From positions 4,464 to 33,239 of the forward strand of contig DMCR01000172.1 of the NCBI GenBank assembly GCA_003445735.1: a stretch of 28,776 nt of DNA. The letters run 5' to 3'. The notes beneath the pieces were generated by a model. It searched no databases, was not told the origin of the DNA, and worked only from the letters and a program-made list of their open reading frames with translations. A program made the position numbers and the translations under genes. This DNA is from Cryomorphaceae bacterium. Its GTDB lineage: Bacteria; Bacteroidota; Bacteroidia; Flavobacteriales; Schleiferiaceae. Below are positions 1 through 8,722 of the stretch, in pieces. Each line of letters begins with the position of its first letter. Within the stretch, counting starts at the first letter, position 1.

Positions 1-1
1 T

Positions 2-136
2 ACAGTGGTCATTTGCGGTGGGGATAGAAATGCTTTGCGAAACCACTTAAAAAAGCACATATTTGCACCCTCGAATTATGAACTACATGCCCTTAAACGC
101 ATTCACGAATATTTTAAGAATCAAGGACTTAGTTAA
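2..136 (+). CDS. coaX: 3' end of type III pantothenate kinase (partial, runs off the left edge; not in the ORF track)
   Basis: Frame 2 reads TVVICGGDRNALRNHLKKHIFAPSNYELHALKRIHEYFKNQGLS*, stop TAA 134-136. Matches the CoaX C-terminal 'V(I/L)xTGGD...L...' pattern. coaX preceding this barrel/TPR/lptC cluster is the Bacteroidota arrangement I recognise. Confidence 0.75.
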   Translation, partial: TVVICGGDRNALRNHLKKHIFAPSNYELHALKRIHEYFKNQGLS

Positions 137-1475
137 GTCTGCGTTTCTACAGTTAGGCATTGTTTGTACTATCGCTTTCAGCCAATTGGTCACAGCTCAA
201 ACGAACTCTGTCAGTCCATTGAGCATTCAAGGTATTGGTGAGACCACTTTCGGAATCAGCCCAGCCTACTTAGGAATAGGGGGTACGGGTATTGCATATT
301 CAGACAGATTTACCATTAATATTTTAAATCCCGCTGGTTACGCCAACATGGAATACACCACCTTGGAGATGAGTGGTGCACATCGCTCTTTCCGTCATCA
401 AATCCCGTCGGAAGGTATTGATCAGACAAACTTTAATACCTACTTCGATTACTTCGGTTTTGGGTTCAAGTTTGCAGACTGGATCGCTGGAGCTTTTTCT
501 TTGGCGCCTTATGCTGCCAAAGGATATAATGTGAGTGTTGCAGATAGCTCAGATGACTTCGGTTTGTACGAATATCGTTCTCTAGGTTCTGGCGGTTACG
601 ATCAGTTCACCCTGGGCCTTGCAATACAGCCTTTGCCATGGTTCAGCATCGGTGGAAATGCTAAATACATTTTTGGAGAGGAAGTTTCGAGCAACAAGAC
701 CATCATTGCAGATAACAGTTACTTATCGGTGAGCAAGACTACCAAACATGGAATTAGTGATTTCACTTTCGATGCTGGTATGCAGCTGCAGAGAGATATC
801 AAGAATTACCGTGTTGCTGCCGGGGCCGTTTACGGTTTAGGCGGTGAGATGAACGCTCGCGAGATTACGACTCAATATACCTTTATCAATAGCGGTATTA
901 TGGAAACGCCCGTCGATACATTGTACTACAACTTGGCCAGCGGTGGTTCGATGATCTTACCGTCTTTTTATGGCATTGGTTTCGGGTTGAGCAAGAAGGT
1001 AGAAGGTATCCCGGTCAATGCTTGGGATTTTGTAATGGATTATCGCGTGACGAATTGGCAAGAATTCCGCGGATTCGCTCCAACAGGGGGAGTAGCTCCG
1101 CAAACACAATTCAGCTTTAGCGAACGTGCGAGCGCTGGCTTGGTGTTCGTTCCGACCTATTTGTTCTCAGCGCTAAAACGCACCTCGAATGTATTCGCCA
1201 TTTCGCGTTACCGCTTCGGTGCTTCACGAGAAATAGGTCAATACCACTGGGACGAGCAGAGTTACACCACTCGAGAAGTAAACTTCGGAGTGAGCATGCC
1301 TATTATCTATCGGTCATTAGCGCCGGGTGAACAAAAGGCAAGCTTTTTGAATTTAAGTATGGGACTAGGGCAACGTTGGGACGGTGTCGATAGCCACCTT
1401 AAAGAAGATTATTGGAACGTTAACTTTGGAATCACGTTGAATGACAAATGGTTCCAGAAATTTAGATATAGATAA
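87..1475 (+). CDS. FadL/TodX-like outer-membrane beta-barrel protein (possible Bacteroidota BAM accessory barrel); start uncertain (ATG 78, ATG 87 or a non-canonical codon)
   Basis: Signal peptide ending LVTA|Q. N-terminal plug-like SPLSIQGIGE...GIGGTGIA...NILNPAGYA. Alternating amphipathic strands throughout. C-terminus YWNVNFGITLNDKWFQKFRYR is typical of this Bacteroidota family. Confidence 0.75.
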   Translation: MPLNAFTNILRIKDLVKSAFLQLGIVCTIAFSQLVTAQTNSVSPLSIQGIGETTFGISPAYLGIGGTGIAYSDRFTINILNPAGYANMEYTTLEMSGAHRSFRHQIPSEGIDQTNFNTYFDYFGFGFKFADWIAGAFSLAPYAAKGYNVSVADSSDDFGLYEYRSLGSGGYDQFTLGLAIQPLPWFSIGGNAKYIFGEEVSSNKTIIADNSYLSVSKTTKHGISDFTFDAGMQLQRDIKNYRVAAGAVYGLGGEMNAREITTQYTFINSGIMETPVDTLYYNLASGGSMILPSFYGIGFGLSKKVEGIPVNAWDFVMDYRVTNWQEFRGFAPTGGVAPQTQFSFSERASAGLVFVPTYLFSALKRTSNVFAISRYRFGASREIGQYHWDEQSYTTREVNFGVSMPIIYRSLAPGEQKASFLNLSMGLGQRWDGVDSHLKEDYWNVNFGITLNDKWFQKFRYR

Positions 1476-1481
1476 AATAAG

Positions 1482-3158
1482 ATGATTATGAAACGAATCC
1501 TCTTTACTTTGGGAATTGCTTTTATGGCAGCGACATTGACGGCTCAAGAATCTAAATGGGGTAACTCCATGGCTGATTCTGTATCATGTTATGAGAATTA
1601 CAACATCATGGGTTCTTACTACCAAGGAAAGAACTACGTGGATGCTTACGATTCATGGAAGGCATTGTACGAAACTTGTCCCGCGGCAAACATTCGTATC
1701 TACACTTACGGTGATAACATCCTTGAAGCGATTATTAAATCTGCTTCGGATGAAGCTTCAAAAAATGGCTATATCCAGGAGCTGTTGAGTATGTTCGATT
1801 CCTTCGCTGTTCATTTCCCTCAAGAAAAAGCCAACGCACTTTCTTCAAAGGCCTACTACTTTTACAATTACTACAAGAAAGATGCAGATAGCGTATCTAA
1901 GGCAGTGTTAATGTTTGAAGAAGCGAAAAGCTTATTAGGAGATAATATGTCGGTGGCGCATATTGATCGCTACTTCCAAGCGAATGTTAAGGAATTCAAC
2001 AAGAATAAGGACGTTGAGCGTCTATTTGAGGTGTACAACAGCGCATTAGTAGCGCTGGAATACAACTTCAATACTTTCAACGTTGAGAACTATAACCTTG
2101 GTTTGAAAGCCGATTCTGTGGTGGGTTGGATTGCTTATGCAGATAGTGTAACTCCATATGCTCAAGCAGCTCAAGCTGAATTTGCAGCGGCGATGGCAGT
2201 ATACGATTCTACAGATGCATATAACAATTCTTCAAAGAAAAGAATGAAGAAGGCGGCGAAGTTGCCACCATTAGTGCAGCCAGTAATGGACGATGCAACA
2301 GCTGATCTTGTGGCAATATTGGACAAGGCTGAAGAGTTGAAAACCAAGTATCAGTTGGACGAGGAAGGGTATACTCTGATAGATAAGCGCAAAATCTCAA
2401 ACAATGAAATTCGTCTTCGCAACATTGAAGCTGTTCAGCGCAACATCGAAAAAATCTTGAGTCCGCTATTGACTTGTGATAAGTTGGGTCGCATCTACAA
2501 CGAAGAGTCGTTTGCAACGAATAAAGACGATATAGAGTGGTTGAAGCGTGCGGGTAACATGTTGCAGAAAGAGCGCATGGACGACAACGGTGAGATGACT
2601 TCTTGTATAGATTTACCAGTATTCATTAAGATCGCCGAAACCTTATATGATGTCGAGCCAAGTGCATTGGCTGCTAGAAAAATGGCGAAGTTAGATGTTA
2701 TGAAAGAGGATTGGGCGATGGCTAAAAAATACTATCTCGAAGCCATTGAGCAAGAGGATGATTTGCGTCGTAAGGCCAATGACTACATGGGCTTAGCATA
2801 TGTTAATAACAAAATGGGTCTTTCAGGCTCTGCGAAGAGCAATTGTTTAGCTGCAGGTCAGTTGCGTAAAAACTGGGGTAACCCATACTTATATCTAGCA
2901 ACTATTTACGCGGAGGCAGCGGGTGATTGTGGTAGTAATGCCGTCGAGAAAAACGCAGTATACTGGTCGGCCATTAATAAGTTGAGCTACGCACGTAGCA
3001 TCGACCCAGAAGTTGCAGACAAAGCGACGAAGTTGATAAGTGCTTACTCTCAAGCGGTACCGGATAAAGGTGTTGCTTTCCAGTTGGGTTACAAAGAAGG
3101 TGACCAAGTGCGCATCGGCTGTTGGGTGAACGAAACTGTAACGGTCAAGTTCTTCTAA
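1482..3158 (+). CDS. Exported all-helical TPR-like protein (conserved Bacteroidota hypothetical); alternative start ATG 1488
   Basis: Signal peptide ending TLTA|Q. Helical repeats (WAMAKKYYLEAIE, GNPYLYLATIYAEAA). Family-type motifs C..N....., CG....EK.A.YW.A and terminal IGCWVNETVTV. Confidence 0.8.
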   Translation: MIMKRILFTLGIAFMAATLTAQESKWGNSMADSVSCYENYNIMGSYYQGKNYVDAYDSWKALYETCPAANIRIYTYGDNILEAIIKSASDEASKNGYIQELLSMFDSFAVHFPQEKANALSSKAYYFYNYYKKDADSVSKAVLMFEEAKSLLGDNMSVAHIDRYFQANVKEFNKNKDVERLFEVYNSALVALEYNFNTFNVENYNLGLKADSVVGWIAYADSVTPYAQAAQAEFAAAMAVYDSTDAYNNSSKKRMKKAAKLPPLVQPVMDDATADLVAILDKAEELKTKYQLDEEGYTLIDKRKISNNEIRLRNIEAVQRNIEKILSPLLTCDKLGRIYNEESFATNKDDIEWLKRAGNMLQKERMDDNGEMTSCIDLPVFIKIAETLYDVEPSALAARKMAKLDVMKEDWAMAKKYYLEAIEQEDDLRRKANDYMGLAYVNNKMGLSGSAKSNCLAAGQLRKNWGNPYLYLATIYAEAAGDCGSNAVEKNAVYWSAINKLSYARSIDPEVADKATKLISAYSQAVPDKGVAFQLGYKEGDQVRIGCWVNETVTVKFF

Positions 3159-3181
3159 GAAACTCCCGCGAATAACTAAAG

Positions 3182-3219
3182 AATCCCTCGGGCCAGATGC
3201 TCGAGGGATTTTCTTTTTT
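3182..3219 (+). terminator. Intrinsic terminator after the TPR-like gene
   Basis: Stem AATCCCTCGGGC (3182-3193) / GCTCGAGGGATT (3199-3210), one G-U pair, loop CAGAT, followed by TTCTTTTTT. Confidence 0.85.
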
Positions 3220-3233
3220 ACGAAATTAGTCAC

Positions 3234-3782
3234 ATGAACCGCACAAGATTCTTCTTTTTAAGCACCGCCATCCTACTTCTAGGAGCATGCCGGAATGATG
3301 TGAAGGAAGTACAACAAGTCAGCGATTCACCGCGAAATTACCCTTTGAACGAACAGATTGGTGCGACCATTATCTACAGCGATTCTGGACAGAAAATGCT
3401 CGAGATTCATGCTGGTTTGGTTCAGGATTATGGTAATCAGGATCCCGCGTATGTGTTCTTTGGAGACCGTATCCGGGTCCAATTTTATAACGGTAAAACC
3501 CTCACTTCCACAGTACTTGAGGCCGATACTGCGCGTCAACTCAAAGACGATGAACTTTGGGCCATTGGAGGAAACGTAGTATTGACCAACGGCAAGGGCG
3601 AGCGTATGAAGACCGAGCGCTTGTACTGGAACAAAAAAGAGGAGCGCTTGTACAGCGACGCCAAGGTGCAAATTCGAACTGACGGTCAGTTGATTACTGG
3701 CAAAGGATTTGAGGCAGACCAAGAATTCAATACCTATCGTATCTTTAAGGTACAAGGAGAAATTACCATTAACGATGAATAG
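3234..3782 (+). CDS. lptC: LPS export periplasmic protein LptC (OstA-like beta-jellyroll) with a lipoprotein-type signal peptide
   Basis: GNVVLTNGKGERMKTERLYWNKKEERLYSDAKVQI...ITGKGFEADQEF is the LptC jellyroll signature. N-terminus MNRTRFFFLSTAILLLGA|C has a lipobox Cys19 (codon 3288-3290). Confidence 0.85.
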   Translation: MNRTRFFFLSTAILLLGACRNDVKEVQQVSDSPRNYPLNEQIGATIIYSDSGQKMLEIHAGLVQDYGNQDPAYVFFGDRIRVQFYNGKTLTSTVLEADTARQLKDDELWAIGGNVVLTNGKGERMKTERLYWNKKEERLYSDAKVQIRTDGQLITGKGFEADQEFNTYRIFKVQGEITINDE

Positions 3783-3966
3783 AGCTCTACGAATTGTAGA
3801 AGTATTGTGGCTAGGAGTGGCAGCAGTGAGCGCCGTAGAAGTGTATTTTGCTTGGGAACAATCGAATATGACGCGCAGCATTCAATTTAGCCTCTTCCTA
3901 GGCGTAGCCATTTTTATGTATTTCTTGCGCCGCCGATCACGCATTAAAGCAATGAACAAAGACTAG
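3775..3966 (+). CDS. Small 63-aa two-TM membrane protein of unknown function
   Basis: ATG 3775 overlaps the lptC end by 8 nt; TAG 3964-3966 shares a base with the next GTG. Two hydrophobic segments and a basic tail RRRSRIK. The track start at 3709 is an upstream extension inside lptC. Confidence 0.75.
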   Translation: MNRALRIVEVLWLGVAAVSAVEVYFAWEQSNMTRSIQFSLFLGVAIFMYFLRRRSRIKAMNKD

Positions 3967-5219
3967 TGGAAATATTCGTTCCCATACTTTTAGCTATTTT
4001 CTTTTCTGCGCTGTTCTCGGGGTTGGAAATGGCCTATTTAAGCATTAATAAACTCCACGTGGAACTGGAGCGACAAAAAGGACGTTTGGCGTACAAATCA
4101 TTGGGGTATTTGGTGGACCGCCCTGCTCCATTTATTGCGGCTATATTGGTCGGAAATAATGTCGCCTTGGTATTGTACGGAAATTACATGCACCGATTCA
4201 TGGAGCCCGTGTTTACAAGCTGGGGGGCTTGGGAATACCTCATCCTTTTGATAGAAACTTCCATTTCAACGGTTGTCATTCTAGTACTTGCCGAGTTTTT
4301 GCCCAAAGCAGTATTCCGTCAAAATGCCGAAGGATTGATGAGCTGGTTGAGCATTCCCGCCTTCGTTTTGTATTGGGTTCTTCGTATCCCTAGCGCGCTT
4401 ATGTTGGGCATTAGCCAATTCTTTTTGCAATATGTATTCAGGCTGGAATTGGCAGAGGAAAATAATGCCTTTGGACGTGTGGAACTCGATCATTTTGTTC
4501 GCGAACGCGTCTCTAACAATGTCGAAGGTGAATCTGAGGTAGATCCTGAATTAGAAATCTTTAAAAACGCCCTGGAGTTCCCAGAAACCAAGGCGCGAGA
4601 ATTCATGATTCCTAGAACTGAAATCGAGGGAGTGGAAGTTCAAACCACTCCGGAAAAGGTTCGTGAGATCTTTATCCAAAGTGGATACAGCAAGCTTCTT
4701 GTCTACGAGGAAAATATCGATAAGATTATTGGGTATGTGCATGCTTTTGAGCTCTTTAAAAAGCCTGAAAATATCCAACGCGTACTGCGCCCGTTGAGTT
4801 TCATTCCAGAAAGCATGACGGCTGACGAGATCCTCAATCTTTTCACAAGAGAAAAGCGGAATATTTCTATCGTCCTTGACGAACACGGAGGTACGAGCGG
4901 GATGATTACCCTAGAAGATGTCATCGAAGAGATTTTTGGTGAGATTGAGGATGAGCACGATAGCGATGCTTTGCTCGAAAAGAAATTGGCCGATGGTGAA
5001 TGGCTGTTCTCTGCCAGATTAGAACTATCTGATCTCAATGAAAAATGGGATTTAGACCTCCCGGAAAGTGAAAATTACAACACGCTTGGCGGATACTTGC
5101 TCGATCTTTATGAGAGTATTCCAGAGAAAGGAACAGTGATTAGAACTGACCAATTTTTGTTCGTGGTTCAAAAAACCAAATCTAATCGGCTCGAAGAGGT
5201 ACTTGTGAGGGCGAATTAA
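3966..5219 (+). CDS. CNNM(DUF21)-CBS-CorC/HlyC domain protein ('hemolysin family', CorB/TlyC-like Mg2+/ion homeostasis)
   Basis: LFSGLEMAYLS, ILVGNNVALV, LAEFLPKA (CNNM); AREFMIPRTEI, GYSKLLVY, VLDEHGGTSGMITLEDVIEEIFGEIEDEHD (CBS pair); YNTLGGY (CorC). GTG start. Confidence 0.92.
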   Translation: MEIFVPILLAIFFSALFSGLEMAYLSINKLHVELERQKGRLAYKSLGYLVDRPAPFIAAILVGNNVALVLYGNYMHRFMEPVFTSWGAWEYLILLIETSISTVVILVLAEFLPKAVFRQNAEGLMSWLSIPAFVLYWVLRIPSALMLGISQFFLQYVFRLELAEENNAFGRVELDHFVRERVSNNVEGESEVDPELEIFKNALEFPETKAREFMIPRTEIEGVEVQTTPEKVREIFIQSGYSKLLVYEENIDKIIGYVHAFELFKKPENIQRVLRPLSFIPESMTADEILNLFTREKRNISIVLDEHGGTSGMITLEDVIEEIFGEIEDEHDSDALLEKKLADGEWLFSARLELSDLNEKWDLDLPESENYNTLGGYLLDLYESIPEKGTVIRTDQFLFVVQKTKSNRLEEVLVRAN

Positions 5220-5233
5220 TGCCCCCCATTGCT

Positions 5234-5241
5234 TATATTCG
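5234..5241 (+). promoter_or_regulatory. Candidate Bacteroidota -7 promoter box for ppiD
   Basis: TATATTCG, one mismatch to TAnnTTTG, 27 nt upstream of the ATG. No clear -33 TTTG found. Confidence 0.45.
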
Positions 5242-5268
5242 CAGACTCATTCATTTAATTGGAGAAAC

Positions 5269-7389
5269 ATGGCAACAATCGAACGCATTAGACAGCGCTC
5301 AGGATTATTGATAGTCATCGTGTTTGTCGCACTGATGGCCTTTGTACTTGGTGATTTATTCCGCTCTGGCGGATCGAAACTCTTCGGTGACCCGAACGTA
5401 GTGGGTTCTATCAATGGACGTGATGTAACACGTTTGGAACTCAGCCAGAAAATGGAAGAACTACGCGCTGGGAATCCAGAACAATATGCAAACACAAGCA
5501 GAGTTCAGCTGGCGAACTTCGTTTGGAACGCCATCGTCACGGATGAAGTTCTTGCGGCGGAGCTAGAAGCAGCAGGAATGTCTGTAAGCTCAGAGGAAAT
5601 TGCTCTAGATATCATGAGCAATGCTAATGTGCGTCAAAACTTTTTGAACGATCGAGGTCAGTTCGACCGCAACATGTTCAACAGCTACCTAAGCCAGGTG
5701 CGTGCTAACAAAGATGCGAACGAGCAAATGACAGAAATGTGGGTGCAGTGGTTGGCCTTCGAAAATGCGGTCAGCAACCAAGCGAAAAACTTCAAGTTCA
5801 ACAATGCCATTGAAAAAGCATTGTTCATGCCAACAGGATTGGCGGAAGTTCAAACCTTGCGCGGTGATGCACAGCACCCAGCGCAATATGTATATGTTCC
5901 GTACATCGACGTAAACGAAGATGAAATCGAGGTAATAGAAGCAGATGCCAAAGCATATTACAAGGAGAATAAAGATCAGTTTACTCAGAAAGAGGGCCGC
6001 AATATCGAATACATCAACTTCCAGATGGTGCCTTCAGATGCGGATCGCGATGCCGTCAAGGCAGAGATCGCTGGCCTCGCACTGGAATGGTTTAGCGTAG
6101 AGGACGATAGCGTCTTTGTGAATCTACACAGCGACGACCGTTTTGTATCAGAATACTTCACAGAGATGGAGCTTGTAGGTACAGGTCTTGATTCCTTGAT
6201 TTCAGGTCAGGATATAGGTTACCAAAAAGGGCCTATCGATCTAGGTTCAGCATATTCAGTATTAAAGTTAGTCGATAAGACAGTCATTCCAGATTCAGTA
6301 GAAGCTCGTCATATCTTGATTCCATTCGCGGGGGCTACTCGTTCAGACGAGAGTGTGACTCGTTCACCAATGGAAGCTCAGGCAATTGCAGATAGCTTGT
6401 TCGAATACCTAGAAAGTAACCGCGGTGCCTTTGAAAGCATTAGCGAAGAGTTCTCTTCTGACGTTGTTGCAAAGGGTAAGGGTGGTAGTCTCGGCTACTT
6501 CAAGCGTGGTATGATGGCTAAGAACTTCGAAAATTTCTGTTTCTTCCAAAAAGAAGGTAAGCTGGGTTTAGTTCCTACCCAGTTCGGTTTCCATATTATC
6601 GAAATCATTGATCAAAAAGGCGATACAGAAGCATACAAAGTGGGTCAAATCACTCGTAATATCTTGCCGTCTGACGAAACTATTCAGACCATATATGCTG
6701 CAGCATCCTCTTATGCAGCGGATGCACAATCAGCAGATGATTACCGCGCCTTGGCTACAGAACGCAATCACTTCTTGCGTCCAGCACGTAACCTCGCCCG
6801 TATGGAAGAAGTGATTCCTGGTTTGGGTCAAAGTCGTCGCGTAGTTCGTTGGGCTTGGGACGAAGAGCGTGAATTAGGTAATATCGGTTTGTTGGAAAAT
6901 GACGGTAAAGGATATGTCGTAGTCATCCTAACTGATATTCTTGAAGAAGGTACCGCTTCTTACGAGCAGGTGGCTGACCAGTGTATGGAAGGCGCTAAGA
7001 AGGAGGCGAAGAAAGATATCATCGAGGAGCAGATTGAGGCGGCATTAGCTAATGCAACAACGATCCAAGAAGTATCAGATGCCTTGGGTAAAGAAGTACG
7101 TAGCTTGAGCTTCCGTATCAACACTTCGAACATCGCAGGAATTGGTAATGAGGCTGAGGTAGTAGGTATGATTTGTGGCTTGGAGCCAGGTGTACTTAGT
7201 TCAACCCTTGCTGGAAATAATGGCATGTTCGTCGCAGTGACTTCAGCTGCTCAGCCTGCACCAGTCATTGATTACACGAACATGGCTCAAAACACTCAGC
7301 GTAGTTTGCGCTCTCTTGTAAATGTTCAAGCGTACAAAGCGCTGCAAGATAAAACTAAGATTGATGATCAACGCTACTTGATGTTTTAA
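5269..7389 (+). CDS. ppiD: PpiD-type membrane-anchored periplasmic chaperone / parvulin peptidyl-prolyl isomerase
   Basis: MATIERIRQRSGLLIVIVFVALMAFVLGDLF N-terminal anchor, SurA-N-like region, and rotamase motifs ARHILI, FSSD....KGGSLG.F, PTQFGFHII. Confidence 0.88.
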   Translation: MATIERIRQRSGLLIVIVFVALMAFVLGDLFRSGGSKLFGDPNVVGSINGRDVTRLELSQKMEELRAGNPEQYANTSRVQLANFVWNAIVTDEVLAAELEAAGMSVSSEEIALDIMSNANVRQNFLNDRGQFDRNMFNSYLSQVRANKDANEQMTEMWVQWLAFENAVSNQAKNFKFNNAIEKALFMPTGLAEVQTLRGDAQHPAQYVYVPYIDVNEDEIEVIEADAKAYYKENKDQFTQKEGRNIEYINFQMVPSDADRDAVKAEIAGLALEWFSVEDDSVFVNLHSDDRFVSEYFTEMELVGTGLDSLISGQDIGYQKGPIDLGSAYSVLKLVDKTVIPDSVEARHILIPFAGATRSDESVTRSPMEAQAIADSLFEYLESNRGAFESISEEFSSDVVAKGKGGSLGYFKRGMMAKNFENFCFFQKEGKLGLVPTQFGFHIIEIIDQKGDTEAYKVGQITRNILPSDETIQTIYAAASSYAADAQSADDYRALATERNHFLRPARNLARMEEVIPGLGQSRRVVRWAWDEERELGNIGLLENDGKGYVVVILTDILEEGTASYEQVADQCMEGAKKEAKKDIIEEQIEAALANATTIQEVSDALGKEVRSLSFRINTSNIAGIGNEAEVVGMICGLEPGVLSSTLAGNNGMFVAVTSAAQPAPVIDYTNMAQNTQRSLRSLVNVQAYKALQDKTKIDDQRYLMF

Positions 7390-7417
7390 TCTAGGTAGAG
7401 GAAAAATTTAGATCTTT

Positions 7418-7451
7418 AATAACCCCCTGCGACTGGAAGTAGGGGGTTATT
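7418..7451. terminator. Likely bidirectional terminator between convergent ppiD and rodA
   Basis: AATAACCCCCTGC (7418-7430) / GTAGGGGGTTATT (7439-7451), 8-nt loop, A/T-rich flanks on both sides. Confidence 0.85.
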
Positions 7452-7459
7452 TTATGCTA

Positions 7460-8722
7460 TTAAAGTCGGTTCCACCTCTCGGCGTCAAGCTTGACGAAGA
7501 TGAACAATAAGATCGTGAAGCCCCATAAGGAAGATCCGCCGTAACTAAAGAAAGGCAATGGGATACCGATTGTCGGAACTAGACCTATAGTCATTCCGAT
7601 ATTGATGATCCAGTGGGTAAACAACATCACCGCAACGGCGTATCCATAGACTCTCGAGAAAGTGTCTTTCTGTTTATCGGCTAGCCAAATGATACGCCCA
7701 ATAAGTAGCGCGAAGAGCCCCATTAATAGCGTGGCGCCCAAGAAGCCCCATTCTTCCCCAATGGTACAAAAGATGTAATCTGTACTTTGAGCAGGGACAA
7801 AGTTAAGTTTGGTTTGAGTACCGCCTAAAAAACCCTTACCAGTCCACCCGCCGGAGCCGATAGCAATGAGACTCTGTAAGGTGTTATAGCCGGCACCACT
7901 AGGGTCATTTTCGAGGCCCAATAGCACGCGAATGCGCACTTGCTGGTGGGGGGCAAGGATGTTCTCCATGACTTGGGCCACCGCAAAAACAGTAGTAGAG
8001 GCAAAAGCAAGGGCGAGGCCATTTAGCAGAAAATATAAACGTTTCTTGGGCAGGATCAGCAAGGTCAGAACCGATAGCCCTGCGAGGGTGAGGAGGGTCC
8101 ACTTCAACGGGAACATGAGTCCTATAATGCTCAGGGCGACTCCGGCCAGGGCGATGCCGATGTAATAACCGGGCATGCCTTCGCGATAGAGTACGAGGAT
8201 AAGGCTTATGAAGACTAAGCTAGAACCGATATCGGGTTGCAAGCTAATGATCAGAGCAGGGAGGATAAAGATTGAAGCAGCGATCAATCTATTGGGCCAG
8301 CTCTTTATGTTAGTACGCGGTAAGGCAAGATAGTAACCCATCATGAGGGCAGTAGCAAACTTGGCCAATTCCGAGGGCTGCAAGCTAAATCCACCTATGC
8401 CATACCAACTTTGGGCACCGCCTATTTTTTTCCCAACGAGTAGTACTCCGATGAGTAATAGTATGGTCAGTGCATACCATAGGGGGGCGAAGTTTGTCCA
8501 CAGGCGATAATTGGACACCAAAATAGCCGCAATAATCGCTAAACTTGTGGCTATAAACATGCCTTGCTTCCCATATTCCTGTGTGAGATTAACAATGTTT
8601 CCAGCCTCCTCGTTGAAAACGGCAGCGTAGATGGAGATCCACCCCCAAAAGACCAGTACTGCATAGGTTAGTACGACGACCCAATCCACTTTAATTCTAT
8701 TTCGACTTCGTGTTCTTGCCAT
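7460..8722 (-). CDS. rodA: Rod shape-determining SEDS glycosyltransferase RodA
   Basis: GAQSW...SLQPSELAK, QPDIGS, GYNTLQSLIAIGSGG..GKG, TDYIFCTIGEEWG, IGIPLPFFSYGGSS. Lies downstream of PBP2 with a TAATG overlap. Confidence 0.97.
   Translation of the reverse strand: MARTRSRNRIKVDWVVVLTYAVLVFWGWISIYAAVFNEEAGNIVNLTQEYGKQGMFIATSLAIIAAILVSNYRLWTNFAPLWYALTILLLIGVLLVGKKIGGAQSWYGIGGFSLQPSELAKFATALMMGYYLALPRTNIKSWPNRLIAASIFILPALIISLQPDIGSSLVFISLILVLYREGMPGYYIGIALAGVALSIIGLMFPLKWTLLTLAGLSVLTLLILPKKRLYFLLNGLALAFASTTVFAVAQVMENILAPHQQVRIRVLLGLENDPSGAGYNTLQSLIAIGSGGWTGKGFLGGTQTKLNFVPAQSTDYIFCTIGEEWGFLGATLLMGLFALLIGRIIWLADKQKDTFSRVYGYAVAVMLFTHWIINIGMTIGLVPTIGIPLPFFSYGGSSLWGFTILLFIFVKLDAERWNRL

Noticed and set aside
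3221-3228. Minus-strand TAATTTCG as an antisense promoter into the TPR gene
   Set aside because: It would fire straight into the terminator hairpin; there is no supporting ORF or -33 element. A plus-strand role or chance is more plausible.
3327-3881. 184-aa minus-strand ORF opposite lptC and the small membrane gene
   Set aside because: Fully antisense to well-supported genes, with no recognisable motif, promoter or signal; most likely a shadow ORF.
3966-5219. Calling the 'hemolysin family' protein a toxin, or GldE
   Set aside because: The CNNM-CBS-CorC architecture indicates ion homeostasis. No gldD or gliding context is present to support GldE.
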